Below, in pieces: positions 1 through 13,540 of a stretch of DNA of 64,000 bases. This stretch comes from an uncultured Candidatus Peribacteria bacterium. Its GTDB lineage: Bacteria > Patescibacteriota > Gracilibacteria > BD1-5 > UBA2023. The translations under genes and the position numbers were made by a program. The stretch lies in the NCBI GenBank assembly GCA_964655935.1, contig CAZZNY010000001.1, positions 214,606-278,605 on the forward strand, given 5' to 3'. The notes below the pieces were generated by a model, which ran no database searches, was not told where the DNA came from, and saw nothing but the letters and a program-made list of their open reading frames with translations. Numbering within the stretch: position 1 is the first letter of the stretch; every line of letters starts with the position of its first letter.

Positions 1-179
1 GGCGTAGTAAGCTGACGAGTCGTATCTGAGAGTCACCAAAATATAACCACTAATACGAAAACATCAAGCATGAGAATGACAACAAATGAAAGTTTTGATA
101 GTGGCTCTCTCTCGCCAACATGAGTGAGTCGAGATTTAAACTCACCGAAACGAGTTTTAAAAAATGAAAAGAAAGACAT
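1..179 (-). CDS. hypothetical membrane protein, N-terminal fragment (runs off the left edge)
   Basis: Minus-strand ATG at 177-179. It translates MSFFSFFKTRFGEFKSRLTHVGEREPLSKLSFVVILMLDVFVLVVIFWG... and stays open to position 1. One in-frame TGA (33-35). A hydrophobic stretch is present. Confidence 0.3.
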
Positions 180-208
180 GATGTGAGAATTAAGAATTAA
201 GAGTGTTG

Positions 209-1804
209 TTACATATCAAAAAATCAGCCGCAGTAATTATCCTCTGGACATTGAAGTGCTGGCGATAATGATTCTATCTCACGAATTACATGTAGTCGTG
301 AATAATTTAATTCCTGCCATTCATATTTTTTCGATTTTTGATACATACAACAAAGATTTCGTACTATTGAAGTTTTATCCTCAGTCGTTGTTTTTTTATA
401 ATTTACCAGCATCGTATCAACGGCATCGGAAGACAATCATCCGACATATCAAATATCCAAGCGAACCGATCATGAATATTGTTTATTCGTATTATTTATT
501 GCAATATATCATTCAGGATTAATAATATTACAAAATGCAACCGTAACGAGAGAAAGTGAAAATATAAAGAGCAGGAATTTGGATTCTCTGAGAAAGAAAA
601 TTGTTTTATAGAAAAAAAGCAGAAAAGCTACACCCAAGAAAATAATGAAAACATGGGAATAGAATCGTAATTCCGTGAGTCCGTAAGAATTCTCGTATAG
701 CCACAATCGCATGAATGCCGAACCGAGAATACCGAATGTCAGAATTATAAGTAATGAGGAGAGTGATTTAAATATTGTGGAAGTCGACTTCTGATTGTTA
801 TCGTAGAGATATTTATCAGAAAACCAGAGGATCGCAAGTACAATACAAGCGACAACTATAAGTTCAAAAAATCATTTTCTGGCGTACTCAGAATACGTAT
901 ATCACTGCACCGATATCATGGCAGTTCCACTGAATAGATAGGTGAGCTGCAGGGTCATGAAAATACAAAAAAGTACCACAACAGATCAAAGCATAATATT
1001 AATCTCTATACTGTGCATCTCTCATTTCGGTTTGTAATCGACCATATTTGATTCACTAGAGCGAGATTTCTTTATGATAAAAGAAATAAGTCCAAGGAAA
1101 AGCAGAATAAAAAATCAGATATTGATAATTCGTAGTGGAAAATCAGGGGAAAAATTGAAAGTAAACAAATCGGATACATACTTATTGAAAACCATATCAG
1201 CCGAAGAAAATAAAATCAAAAAGACACCAATGGCAGGAAGTGCAAGCAAGATTCATTTTACGATATGGGGAGTAAACTTCTTACCCTCAGAATTATGCTT
1301 GATATATCCAAGGTCACGAATAAATGAGCCAAAACCAAGAATTATACCTGGTACGAATAATCCTACTCTCTGAGTATAGTCTACTAGTTTTAGATTATCG
1401 AGCTTTTCTCGAAATGTGACAATCAGAAGAATAAAAAATGTATATATACAAGCAATCCAATTCATAACCACTAGCCAAATACCAGCACGAATAGCCAACA
1501 TAAGGGAAAATAAGAAAACAATTCAACCAAGGATATAGTGCACTTTGGCCGTCTTGATTCAAAATCTATTGATCAAATAAAAGTATCAAATCAAAAAAGT
1601 AAGCGTAAATATAGGAGCTGAAATACCATAGCTTAATCCATAGAATAGATAGTAATGAAGCAGTCCGAAAACAACACTAAAAATAGCGATGAGCCCGAGC
1701 TCGATTCACTGTAAAGAAGGAACGTATGGGACAGCAGGAACGGATTCTATTTTATTTGGCTCAGCAGTTGCGACTGGAATAATTGGCTCAGTGACTTGTT
1801 CCAT
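209..1804 (-). CDS. polytopic integral membrane protein, function unknown (531 aa)
   Basis: Track ORFs 224-436, 509-712 and 1253-1501 share one minus frame. Every codon 209-1804 was checked and only TGA interrupts. The first real stop is TAA at 209-211. ATG 1802-1804 follows the upstream gene's stop. Many hydrophobic segments. Confidence 0.6.
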
Positions 1805-1831
1805 GTGGTAAAAATTAATATATAGAAATAA

Positions 1832-2962
1832 TTACAGCTTCATCTTCTTTTTATATTCCAGAAAATCCCGAACTCCAATCTCGATGATAGCTGCGACCGG
1901 TACAGCCAAAAGAATACCGAGAACTCCAGCTGTAGAAATCCCTATAGCCATCATGACGAGGACAAAAAGTGGCGAAAGATCTAGAGATTTACTCATTATC
2001 AATGGAACGAGAACTTGTCCTTCGAGTTGCTGGATTCAGATATAGAGAAAAAGTACTACGATAACCGCAATCCAAGAAACACTTCCAGCAAGTGCAAGTG
2101 CCGGGAGAACGGCAAGAAATGGTCCAAAATACGGAACCGACTCAAGAAGACCAGCGAGAAGTGCGAGAGTCGCTTTATTTTCGATAACTATACCAAAAGT
2201 GTGTAGAATCCAAAGTCCGATATATACCAAAAGTGATATAGAGACACTGAGAATGAGCTGTCATTTTATCCAAGAAGAAAGTCGATTCATAATATCCACT
2301 TCCCTATGCGCAAGATAATCAGATAATTTTTTCGGAAGAATATCATAAAATAATGCATAGACATTTTTTCGCTCTATCGCCATAAAAAAAGTAAATACAA
2401 ATGTCGTGGCAATAGAAAATATAATGTTGCTCACGGAAGAGATTACTCCAGCTCATCCAGATGCGATATTTTTAAGATTACCACTTATGGTCGTGCCGAT
2501 GGATCAGATATTCGATCGAAGAAATGCAAACAAATCTTTCCAATCAAGATCTTTTATATAGTTCGTAATGAAATCAGGAAGCCCTAGAGCTGACACACCG
2601 TTCGCTTTATATGATTGTTCGATCAGATTGAACCAAGAAGCAATCGCATGAATGAGTTGACTGATCTGATTCACGAATATCGGAACGATAGAGACGAAAA
2701 TCAGTGTTATCAGACCGAGCAGAATGATATAAATGATAATGATTCCGAGCCAATTGGCGATTCGGTGACGATTACACCAATTCAAAAACGGTGAAAACAA
2801 CATCACAAGAAACGCAGAAAAAGCAAATGCAAGAATCACATGTAGAATGCTGTATGCGAACCAAAGTCCAAGTGCGAAAGCAAGAAGAATGAGGAGTTTT
2901 CAGAGAAAAACTCTATAGGAAGATGGTTCTTTGGATGTTGTTTGGAAGAGGGATTTAAGCAT
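1832..2962 (-). CDS. AI-2E family transporter (PerM/UPF0118-like permease)
   Basis: Track ORFs 2036-2230 and 2504-2839 are in one frame, and the gap 2231-2503 contains only TGA. The motif GLLESVPYFGPFLAVLPA and multiple TM segments are typical of AI-2E permeases. ATG 2960-2962, TAA 1832-1834. Confidence 0.75.
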
Positions 2963-2985
2963 ATGTATTTTATTAAGAATTATAT

Positions 2986-3465
2986 TTATTGTAAGGTGGA
3001 TTCTAAGGTGAGGGAAAAATTTCAAAATCCTTGTTTCTTATAAAAATCTATTGTCTTACTATTCATGGCAGATGCTGTTACTCTAATTCTATTCACTCAT
3101 TTTTCTCGACACCAATCTTTAAAAGCTTTACAAATTAATGTTCAAACTCAAAGTCCACGACATTCTTTGAGGACAAACATATTCTCAAGCTCAGCTATCG
3201 TCATTTGCTCGCGATATTCGCAAGACTCTCAAATACCTCAGACAAGATAACCAACTATTCAATCACCCATTGAAGCTACAAATGCGCAAGAATTGGAATC
3301 CAGAATTTTATCACGAAAATATCTCTCGCCTAACGAAGAAAATGGCCAATTACAAATCAGTGTTTTGTCGAACTCATTGTATTCTTTTTGGAACAGAAGT
3401 GAATTCAAATATTGAATATCGGAAAGATTTTCAATGGTTGCATTCTGAATTATTATTTCTGACAT
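2986..3465 (-). CDS. GNAT family N-acetyltransferase (159 aa)
   Basis: MSEIIIQNATIENL...VLKECRGLGVGTLICKAFKDWCREKGVNRIRVTASAMNSKTIDFYKKQGF. The acetyl-CoA motif R-x-x-G-x-G appears only when TGA is read as Gly. TAA at 2986-2988. Confidence 0.75.
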
Positions 3466-3515
3466 ATTACACTTATGAATGAATAATTTTTTTACAATTT
3501 CTTGATCCAAAAGTA

Positions 3516-3917
3516 CTATTTCATTCCCATATAAATTCCTTCTTTGAATCAATATTTCGCATAAAAACCATTCAGCCAAGGACTACTTGAATCCGGGATC
3601 AGCTTTATGTTTTGTACTGCAAGTTTTCTCACTTGAGTAATAGATTTTTCGATGGTTTTTCCTCCGATTCAATCTTTTCTATATTCTGGATGAACAAAAA
3701 GATTTACAAAAAGCGCTACGAAATATTTATCTGTAATAATTTGATTCGAACCGACAATTTTCTCACCATCAAGCGCAAGAATAATATAATCAGTATTTTT
3801 CAATGATTTAAGAATTTTTTCGGGTCGTTTTTTCGCAGAGTCGAGAAGATCAAGAAGTGAATCTTGATATTTTTTGAGATTTTTCGGAGTGATGATTTTA
3901 TAAATAATTTGTTTCAT
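3516..3917 (-). CDS. GNAT family N-acetyltransferase (133 aa)
   Basis: MKQIIYKIITPKNL...FVHPEYRKDGIGGKTIEKSITQVRKLAVQN...FYAKYGFKE. The Gly after RKD is TGA (3669-3671). TAG at 3516-3518. Confidence 0.7.
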
Positions 3918-4617
3918 ATTGAGATGGTCACCTAAATATATTTTTAACCAAAGAATGTTTTTTATCTGCCACGAGAGCAAGTGCTCAATTCGCTACTTTT
4001 ACACCATCTAAAGTGACACCATTCTCAATCTCATCCATAGTGACAAGGCGAAATGGAGAATATTTCAAAGATAAAAAGAACTGCAATTTATTTAAAATAT
4101 TCTGTGGAAAATCCACATCAAACACCTCAATGAGTTTACGAATATTTTTTATAGTTCCCCAGCCCTTGTCGTCAGAAACCGTGTATGCATATTGAAAAGA
4201 AATATTTGAAAAATCCTTGTGATTAAATAGATAATCCGATATATGCAAAGGCTCCGCATGAAAATATGAACAAACAAGATTATAGACGAGAGAAAGCTCT
4301 TCCGTAAATTCTTCGAAGAATTCTCTTTTTGGGGAATTTTCTCTAGCTATACCTTTTCACAAAAAAAGTTTTTCAAATTCATCATACGAATTGGATTTCA
4401 TCAGAAATCTCATCTCCCCCACCCCTTTAATCCAAGAGATTTCAAATTGTTTTTGAATACTATCTGGTTCGAAAAAATGATAAGCTCAGCCAATCGGAGC
4501 AAAAGCAAAAATTCACCTTTGCAATCAACCATAATTTATACTAAGTAGAAACTTATCGTCTATTATAATCCTGCAAAGTCAGGCACATTCTACGTGTAAA
4601 TCTAAAGATGCATCCAT
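3898..4617 (-). CDS. hypothetical protein (start uncertain: ATG at 4617, 4413 or 4401)
   Basis: The minus frame of track ORF 3985-4248 continues through TGA 3985-3987 to TAA 3898-3900, and upstream to TAG at 4636-4638. No recognisable motif. Confidence 0.4.
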
Positions 4618-4672
4618 GTATGTATTTATTAGGTTCTACAAGATTATAATCTTACAACTACAGATTGCAAAC

Positions 4673-4706
4673 AAAAACTCGTTAACCAAACTGATTAACG
4701 AGTTTT
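4673..4706 (-). terminator. perfect 12-13 bp hairpin downstream of the giant gene
   Basis: AAAACTCGTTAA - CCAAACTGA - TTAACGAGTTTT, flanked by A/T runs. It lies 75 nt past the TAG of the 4780-13185 gene. Confidence 0.6.
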
Positions 4707-4743
4707 CTAGATTGTTTTGTGCTTCGTAATGATGAGCCAATCA

Positions 4744-4774
4744 GGAGATCCTGAAACAAGTTCAGGATGACGTG
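4744..4774. repeat. GTCATCC-box palindromic element (short form)
   Basis: ATCCTGAA-ACAAG-TTCAGGAT-GACGTG. Nearly identical to the right arm of the 15806-15887 copy. Confidence 0.7.
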
Positions 4775-4779
4775 CTCTG

Positions 4780-7700
4780 CTACTTCCTCACCATCGTTCC
4801 AGCTTCAAACTTATCTATCGCTCTTACGAGTACCAGACGAACATAGGAGAAAACCTTTAATTCACGATCGCTTAGATTATTTTGTTCTAAGCGTTTTTCG
4901 AGATATACAGAAATTTTTCTATACATCTGAATCTTATTGTAGAGGTTATCTGTTTTTCGCTCGATCGCTATATTGATTCGTGTAAGATACTTTTGTTCGA
5001 TATATTTTCGGATCTCTTTGCTCAGTGGTTTTGTGGCTGAGAAGTCATATGAATCAAACAATGACTGTTGAGCTGGATCGATTTCCTTGATGAGATCTGG
5101 ATTTTTACCAGTTATTTGTCAGTTTTTCGGTGCATCACAGAGTCCATCGTAGTAGCTCGGTGAATTATCGACTCCATCACACTTATCGACTGTGAGCCAG
5201 ATTCCACTTCATCCGGAAGAAGTGGAAGTTTTATCATACAATACGAATTTCGAGAATTTTTTCGTGTAGATTCCGACTCGATTTGTATCGTAAAACCAAC
5301 AAGATTGTGAAATTTTATTCATATTTTCACATTCTGGCAGATCTTTCGTCGCATTCAAATGGTATGAGACAACTTTCGCAGGTTTTTTCCAGATGTTTTT
5401 CAGAATTATGAGATTGTAATTTTCAAATACAAAAGGCGTAATTTCATCTCAAACTTCGACTCATTCGAAAGGAGTATACCCTTCTAATTTTGGCAAATCT
5501 TTTACGATGAGTAATGGCTTATCAAGCTGGAAATCCCATGGAGAACCGGCATAGATGGTCTGTCCGCTCGCATAACGCACCTCGATGCTTCCATCGCTGC
5601 TATACTGCGCGAGATACGGAGCAAGATCGGTTCGCATTCTGACGATATATCGGATCAGAGTTTCATCGACGAGATAGTTATCGAGAAGATCTTTCACTTT
5701 TCAGAAAATTATCGCATCATTGAGTTCCGCAGCAGAAATAATTTTCAATGGAATACTGGAAGTATCTGGTGCAGAAAGATAAAATACATCAGCTCATACG
5801 GAAGCGTCAGGATCTCATTTTTTGTAGACGGAAATATGATATGAATGATCGCGATATGGATCAGCATTTACATCTTCGAAAACATTCGGACCGGAAGTAG
5901 TATTTTTACAATCAAGAACTTTAAGTCCGTCTCGTACAATATCAAAGCACGTATCTGCAAGATAATTCGTACTAAACTGAACACGCGTATGTTCGCCTGT
6001 TCTTCGAGCTGTCTGATCATAGATTCGAGCTCCGACGAGTGGTAATCGCACGAAACTTTCAGCGATGATATTTCCAGAACCGTCCAGGATAGAACCCGTG
6101 AGATTCAAAGGCAACATTACATCGATATTATCGAGCTGAAGCGCTACATTTCCATTATCTGGAGAAAGAATACTTCCGGTAAGAACTGAACCCGTTCCCT
6201 GAGTTCCAAGCCAAGAGAATGAATATCCGTACTTCCCGAGAGCATTCGTATGAAATCTGAAATTCACCGAAGCGTCCGTCACACTGTAACCACTTGAAGT
6301 CAAGAATGCAGTTTGACCAGTGAGTGATAATTGCTCATTTTTAATAGACTTAAAGTTTCCGTTTTTGGTTCGGTATAATGAAGTCGTATCAATAATATGT
6401 GACTGGAGTGGATCAAGTGACAATGGAGTCACAAGTACTTCGCTTCCAGTGTTCGTCACATGAGAAAGTACTGGTATCGTATCGATATTTGCATCCCAGT
6501 ATATTCAAACAGTATTTCCCGAAAGTGTGAGATTTACCGTGTCAGATCATTGTTTTTCGTAAGTAGATTCTGTCTTTATAAAATCAAGCGTAAATCCAGT
6601 CGAATAACTACCAGAAAGAGCTGGTAAAATCGGGTCGTAAGGTGTGAATTTATAATTTGCACTATTTACGAGTTCGATCGGAGTATCTTGATACGCTCCA
6701 GAATACGTCAGATAGATCGGGAAATAATTCGTGATTCCTGGTCACACCGCTTCTCATTCCGTACCAAGTGCACCAGATTCGCTATAGAGATTTCGTATGA
6801 TAACTTGATTTCCGCTCACTGTGGCATTTTGTGTGAGTGTCGGATTGATAATCACTCAGCTTCAGATATTTACTGTCATAGTAGGATCAAAAGCAATATC
6901 AGTTCCGATATTTTTAAGGAACAACTTCACTTCGACCGTATTCTCCCCTTCTGCAAGTTTCTGAACTTCTAATTGATCATTTTTCGTATTTCAGATAAGT
7001 GCAGATCGATACCAGATATCGAGTTTTGGGCCTTGTGCATATCATTTCAGAGGAATCGTATTTGTTTTCACTTTCGATTTTCCACCGAAATTTGTGAAAT
7101 TTACGCTATCAGAATTCACTACTGGATGTTCACCATCAGTAAGCTCTTCTTTTTTCAGATGTACAAGCACATAGGTTTTTGGAATGATAGATCCACTGGC
7201 GTTTACGTATGGGAATTCAGTGATTCCAGCATTCGCAAAATCAATATGCGCAACCGTGTCAGATCCAGAAGAACTTAAAGCTCAAGAGAATGTACGAAGT
7301 GCAAATCCTGAAGACGAAAGACTCTCGAAAGTTTCTCGAAGTCTTCGGTGTTTATTCGTTCCATCACCAGCTGCCAGTCGCATCTCAGTGACTCATTCTT
7401 CAGTAAGTTCGTATGCGGTATCGAGCGTAAATCCAGAGTCATATGCTATATCTAGACTCACTCCAGTAGAATATCCAGATCGATAAAAAGCTGCATTATT
7501 TGCGTCAGCAAGAGCAAATTTTATATCAGGAAGATTCACTTTTGATGGCCAACCAACTGGATCTTTTCCAGATTCTCACGGAATATTTTGGAAATATTGT
7601 GGATTAATCGAAGCTTTGATGTCATAGATTTTTGCTCGAAGATTCTCTGGAATCAAAGGATCGATCGAAAGATCAAGGAAATAACTTCCCTTAAATCCAT

Positions 7701-10700
7701 CACGAATTGTCGTAACATTTACAAAATCGAAATCGAAGAATGTTCCTGGAGTAAGAATATTCGCATCGGAAGGAGTAATAGTTACGAAAGGTTTGATATC
7801 ATCAGGAATTTCTAGTTTCAAGAAATTATATCTATCGGGTTTCAAAACATTTCTCGCAACTTTCGTGATAAGATCGTTCGCGTTCAATGCTTGATTTCCT
7901 TGAATCGTAAAATCAATACCACCATTTACGTAGGTCACATATTGATTATTGTTCGTATTCGCGACGGTACCGGTACCGAGCATCGCCCAGTCAAAACCGG
8001 AATTATTATAGATATCGAGACGAATGAGCGTTTTATCACCTGGATCAAGAAGTGATTTTGTCGCAGCTTTATTATACGAAGCTCCGACATAGACACTCGC
8101 ACCATAGTTTCCATCTCATCGAGAATCGATATAGATTTCATCTTTCCAAGGACGAGCCGTCTCTTTTCCATGAGTATCCACGAAAAGTTCACCAGGATCT
8201 TTTACGGTATAGAGAAGATATGCGTCTGTCTTATAATTTTTCAGAGTATACGGAATAAGCTCTTTGTCGACTGTAATATCCGAGTTCACGGATTTTACGA
8301 CTGAGACAGGATTATCGACGATCTCGAAAGCATTCGGACCAAAAGCAGGATTCCAATAGACGAATCTTCCACCTTCAATAATCTTTGTGTCACCTTCAAA
8401 AAGTGGCTTGTCAGCAAAAGGCTGAAGTCGATTCACGATATTTAATGCTTCTTTTGCTTCACCACGCAGATTCGAAGCAAAATAGAGCCAAAATGCATCC
8501 TCAGTTTCTACGATATTATTTATTTTCTGGAGATTATTCGGATCAGAATATTTGCTCGCAAAATCATTCGAATTACAAGAATATGTCGAAAGATAATTCG
8601 CGTTCTCATTCTCTTTCTGGATCCACGGAATTATCGGAATAACATTATTTATAAGACTATTCGGACGATACTGATATTTTCCCGGTTTCGAGATTAGTTC
8701 GATCGGATTAAAGAGACACGCGTAGATATTTCATCCTGCAGGTGCAAAATCAAAATCTGACTGTGTAATAAGCGGAGCTTTTACGTAATCACCACCATTA
8801 TAGGAATATGGAATTTTATTAACCTCGTTTTGTCCCGCAAGAAGCGTCACATCACGATTTTGGAGATTTTCTGGCCACCATCATTTTCGGCTTGGATATT
8901 TCCAAGAAGTATATGGTGTGATATTATTTTCGATTTTTCCAGTATTCTGAACCTCATACTGGAGATATCCAGGTTCCTCAGAAAAATATTTCGTCTTGTA
9001 TCCAACTCACCTGTTCATCGGAATCGCGAGAATGTTGTGTGGCAAGTATTTTGCTGGATTCCAGAATTCCTCAGAATGTGGATTCGGAAGCTGATTATCC
9101 ATATGGTAAGGATATCCTTTCGAGTAGACGCTATCGTCATAATCGAAGTGTGTCAGATTCCACATATTATTTTCGACATAATTTTTCGGGAAATAGTTCT
9201 CGACTTCGGGAGAATAATTACGCGCTTTGTCATCGATAAATTCGCCAGATGCAAGACTTACATTTCACTTTCCATTCTCTGCTCTATGAAGCGTCGGAAC
9301 AGAATAATTAGTAAGTCATGAAGCAGTAAGTTCTGCTTGTAATCAAGCTATAAATGCATCATATGCGGATTTTGTATCAAAAAGTCGTACATTTCTAATC
9401 CAATAATTATCGATGGAATCAAGGGTTTTATCTGAAAGTTTATAGTTTGTCTCACCATTGTAACCAGTTACGGTTGTACCGGTTCCATCCCAGCACGTTC
9501 CATACGCTGGTGAAGTCGGATTATCGTTACAAGTGGTCGGATCAAAATATCGTGGATAATTGTTGTAGAGTTTGATATTTTGACGGATTTCGAGTTCCGT
9601 TTCTCCATCCCAAGTTTCTTTTTTATTTCAGGCCTTATCATACATTTCATACGTCGTATTCATCATGAAATTACGAACTGGAGGAGGTAATGGAACCGCT
9701 TCCGGCACGACCGTACGAATCGGAGCCGCAAACTGTCGACCAAAAATATCTTTATAATCCACACGGGCATTTTCTGTCGCAAGTGGAATTATCTGTGATT
9801 TTCCTGTTGTCAGGTATTCACGGAAAGGAATCGGAGAAATACCAAGAACTCCCACATTACCAAACATCGCACTGTCAGCCATAATTCCAGGATCTTTGAT
9901 CGGATGATCTTCGGCTACTCACCAGACCGTTCGGTGGAATGCGAGCTCTTGAATATATGTTCAGAATCGAACCATTGGCTCGAGATTCTCATATTTTCTC
10001 ACGTAACTTTCAGAGAGCGTATTCGTGAAAATGGTTGTTATTGATGTTTTTTGATCTACAGAAAGCTTAGCTTGTGTCATGAGAGAATTCAGTGCGGAAA
10101 TACTACTCGACTTAAAAACAAGCGAATGACTGTAATAATCAGGAACTGTGAAAAGTGCGTTCGTCTGACCTTCCGTGAGACCAATATCGGTAATACTTAC
10201 ATCTTTAATTCGTTTTCGTCGTGGCATCGTGAATGTCATCTTTACTGCTGGAAGTTTGAAGAATGCATATTTTGCAAAATTCACATTCATATCTTGCTCA
10301 TGATCATATCGACTGGAATTCACACTCGAAAGATCGTAGGTCAGAGAATATATTTTAACAGAAATATTTGCTACGTCTTGATCGACTCATTCAAGTGCCA
10401 AACCAACAATAGATTTTAATGATTGTTCATTCGGAAGTTTTCCACGATAAAAGTAGACTCGAGAAGTCTGACCAATTGTCTCAATTTTGTTGATCGCGAT
10501 ATGATCCGCGAGGACATACACTTTCGAAGGATTTACTCCGTCTGGAAGTGTAAATTCCATATATCATCATTTCGGAGTCGAGCGAGGTGGTAAATAAAAA
10601 CTCGCGTAACTTCCTTTTACATATTTGATCGGATACGCTTCGCTTTGGACTCCGTTCTGATCTTTTTGTCCGATATAATTTCCGTCGGCATCGAATCCAT

Positions 10701-13185
10701 CAAGCATCTCTGGTCCTGAAATATTATTTTTCGGATCGATCGGGAAGAGATATTCTGTCTGACTCATTCCTGCTGGAAGATGATCAAAATCGATCTTTTC
10801 ATTAATCCAAGGCAACAGTGCCCCAGATGCATTACAAGCGATCGAATTCGGATACTTCCCGGCGACTACACCATCAGGATAACCGTAGACCCCCGATTCT
10901 TTCGCACAGCTTCCGTATTTATCCATCGAGATATACTGATTCACGCCAGTGATTCCATGTGGAAGTGGGAAAGCTGGATTATTATAGAAATAGACATCTT
11001 GACGAGCAAACAAGAGCTCTTTTTTTGTCGGATATTCGAATACCATACGTCGTGGACTTGCTTTTCTGAAGAGAATATCAGCATCAGGCATAAAAGATTG
11101 CCTCAAGATATTTTTTCCGAGATCTGGAGAAAGCACGCCGGTATGAACATTCGCAAAAGCTTCATCAGCGTCAGTATTCGCTCGATACACCGGCTCGTCA
11201 TAATTATCGACATACTGATATCGATTCGTATTTGGCATATAACTTATCGAGCCACTTGCAAGTTTTGGGATAATATAGTCCTTGCATCGATTTGGGAGTA
11301 TGAGATCGGTCACCGCACAGTTTCACTCGTTTTTAAAAGGATAAAATCCTGTTTTCGTATCTGGATTATAAAGACTGTTATGATAATCTTTCGAGAAAAC
11401 GATTCGAGAAATCAGACGAGCCTGATCACTTTCTTCGAAAAGCGGAGACAAAAGCGGGACACTTACAGTATAATCTACATCATTTGCTTCGGTTGCTGCT
11501 TTATTTTCCGCATTCATAACCTGATCGATATACACTCATTCTCCAGGAAGTGGATAATATCCAGCTGGATCAATATTCAGACTGGTTCGCATGTTTGCGG
11601 ATTCGACCGCATCGATCGTCTGAGCTCACATATTCTGGTGAATTTGCGCGCCGTTTGAGTCAGTATAATCCAGAGTCGTACGAGTAACGACAATATCAAG
11701 ACCAGCTTGAGTGAATGTCGGTTCATCAACTTTTAAACCAAATTTTAGATTCCATTTCTCACTCGAATCGAGTCGAGATCGAGTACAAATAAGCTGACCA
11801 GTAGAAGATCCATACTGACAATCTGCTGGGATCGCCGTGTCAATAAGAAGACCTCCTGTCGCGATATTTATAGTTGCAACCGCATTAGAAACAACACCAT
11901 TAAAAACATTTGTCGCATCCATCGAATATTCGAAGACGAGATTTCGTTCGAGTGCTGGCACAAGATCTTCCCGCACATCAGGATTTGATTTTTGCGCTAC
12001 TTTCGCACTCGTGTAGACTTCCCGTAAGAATGAAAGCGCGATACTATTAAGAGTGTGATTAATGAAAAGTTTATGAGAATTGCTCTGTGGAGAAAAAAGA
12101 CTGTTTCCACCATTATAGACGATGAGTCCATGTCCGTATGGCTTATAAAATGCGCTGATCGCGCTGTCGAGATCCAGCGGCGCATCTTCACTCGTCGTAA
12201 CATCTTGAAAATAATAATTCGCATCATGACTTACATCGAAATATCGGACCGGAACGATCGCTGCATCAGCCAAAGGACGAATATAATAAGATCAAAGCAA
12301 ATATTCATAATATCCGCTTCCAGTTTTCGCGAAATAATTCTTTCCTTCATAAAATCACTGATTCAAAACCTGAGTGTTGAAATCATTACTACTCTGTAAA
12401 AGAAGTTTTCCTTGATTTTCATGATGTTTTACGAGCGTATTGTCATCGACGACTCGATTCGTTAGTTCCATCTTATCAGCAAGTATGAGGCTTTTCGAAG
12501 AAAAATATACCGTTCCTCCATTTTCTACGAAAGACTTAATCTTCGCGATTCCTCCGGATCCAAAATCATCAAGAATCTCACTGTGACGACCAAGAATAAT
12601 ATCTGGGAAAATAATGGTTCCGTATTTTGAGAGATCAGCATCTGGGATCTCAGAAGTTTTTATAACATTCACGTAGGTTCGTTCTGGATTTTTATCGTAT
12701 TCCGTCTTAAAAGTCACATAATTCGGAAGACAAATATTGTTTCAGATTTTTACGAATTTCGCGAGTGAAGCGATAAGAAGATCACAATAATATGGAGCCT
12801 CGTATGTATACCTTCCACTATTCGTTGTCGGAAGATCGACTATAGCGATATTTCCATCATATAGAGCTTTTCCATATCAAAATTGATAATTCGTAACTCC
12901 AGTCGAAGTTACACCGCTATTTTTAAGTTTTGTCGCATCGAGCTCTCGATACCCAGATCAAGATCCCGCTTCGATAAGTGTCGAGGTCGCGATCGGACTT
13001 CGATTCTGAAGAAGATATTTCTGCGTATCATATATCTTTTTCTCAGTAAGCGGAATTTGCGACATTCCATCACTGATGATATTAGTCTTTTCAAAAATAA
13101 TCCCCGCATTTGCAGCCGCAAAGAGAGATCATTCTGAAGAAACGAGAAAGCACAACAAAAGCGCTCAAGCGAGAAGTCTTCGCAT
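4780..13185 (-). CDS. giant secreted/cell-surface protein, 2,801 aa, function unknown
   Basis: Eleven minus-strand track ORFs (4780-5061 through 12355-12717) share one frame. I split all 140 sequence lines into codons and found 41 in-frame TGA and zero TAA/TAG between ATG 13183-13185 and TAG 4780-4782. The N-terminus MRRLLAGALLLCFLVSSEGSLFAAANAG looks like a signal peptide. Alternative ATGs at 13203 and 13212. Confidence 0.85.
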
Positions 13186-13540
13186 AGTATAGAAGGGTTT
13201 CATAATAGACATATTACCAAATAAGGGGGCGTTGTCTTCGGATGCGTTTTTGGCATACCTGAGACCTCATGTCAGTGGTGATAAGCCAGCTGACCCTTAT
13301 ATTGATTTTTATTTTTGCGATCTTTTAGTGTGTTTGTCAATCATTTCTATCTTGTACTTGACATTATAACCGAAATCCAGTGAATGCAAAACTACAGGTA
13401 TGGACGAATTGAAATATATCATCGTTTTTAGAAAGAATACTTCTCCAATGCGAACAAATCGTGCTGAATATGAAATATAATTTTGACTTGAGAGCATTGC
13501 CTTATATACTTAGGCCAATTTACTTTTTTATTCTCTTTTT

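Noticed and set aside
10780-11658. 292-aa plus-strand ORF, together with 8830-9321, 6688-7486 and others, antisense to the giant gene.
   Set aside because: These ORFs have odd Ile/Arg/Phe-rich composition and lie entirely inside a verified 2,801-codon frame on the other strand. They are typical antisense artefacts of AT-rich DNA.
3898-13185. Polymorphic-toxin reading: the giant secreted protein with a C-terminal toxin, followed by an immunity gene (3898-4617) and acetyltransferases.
   Set aside because: The last ~150 residues of the giant protein look helical, with no recognisable toxin motif. Two strong hairpins separate it from the next gene. The downstream protein shows no clear SUKH/Imm motif. 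This is not supportable from sequence alone.
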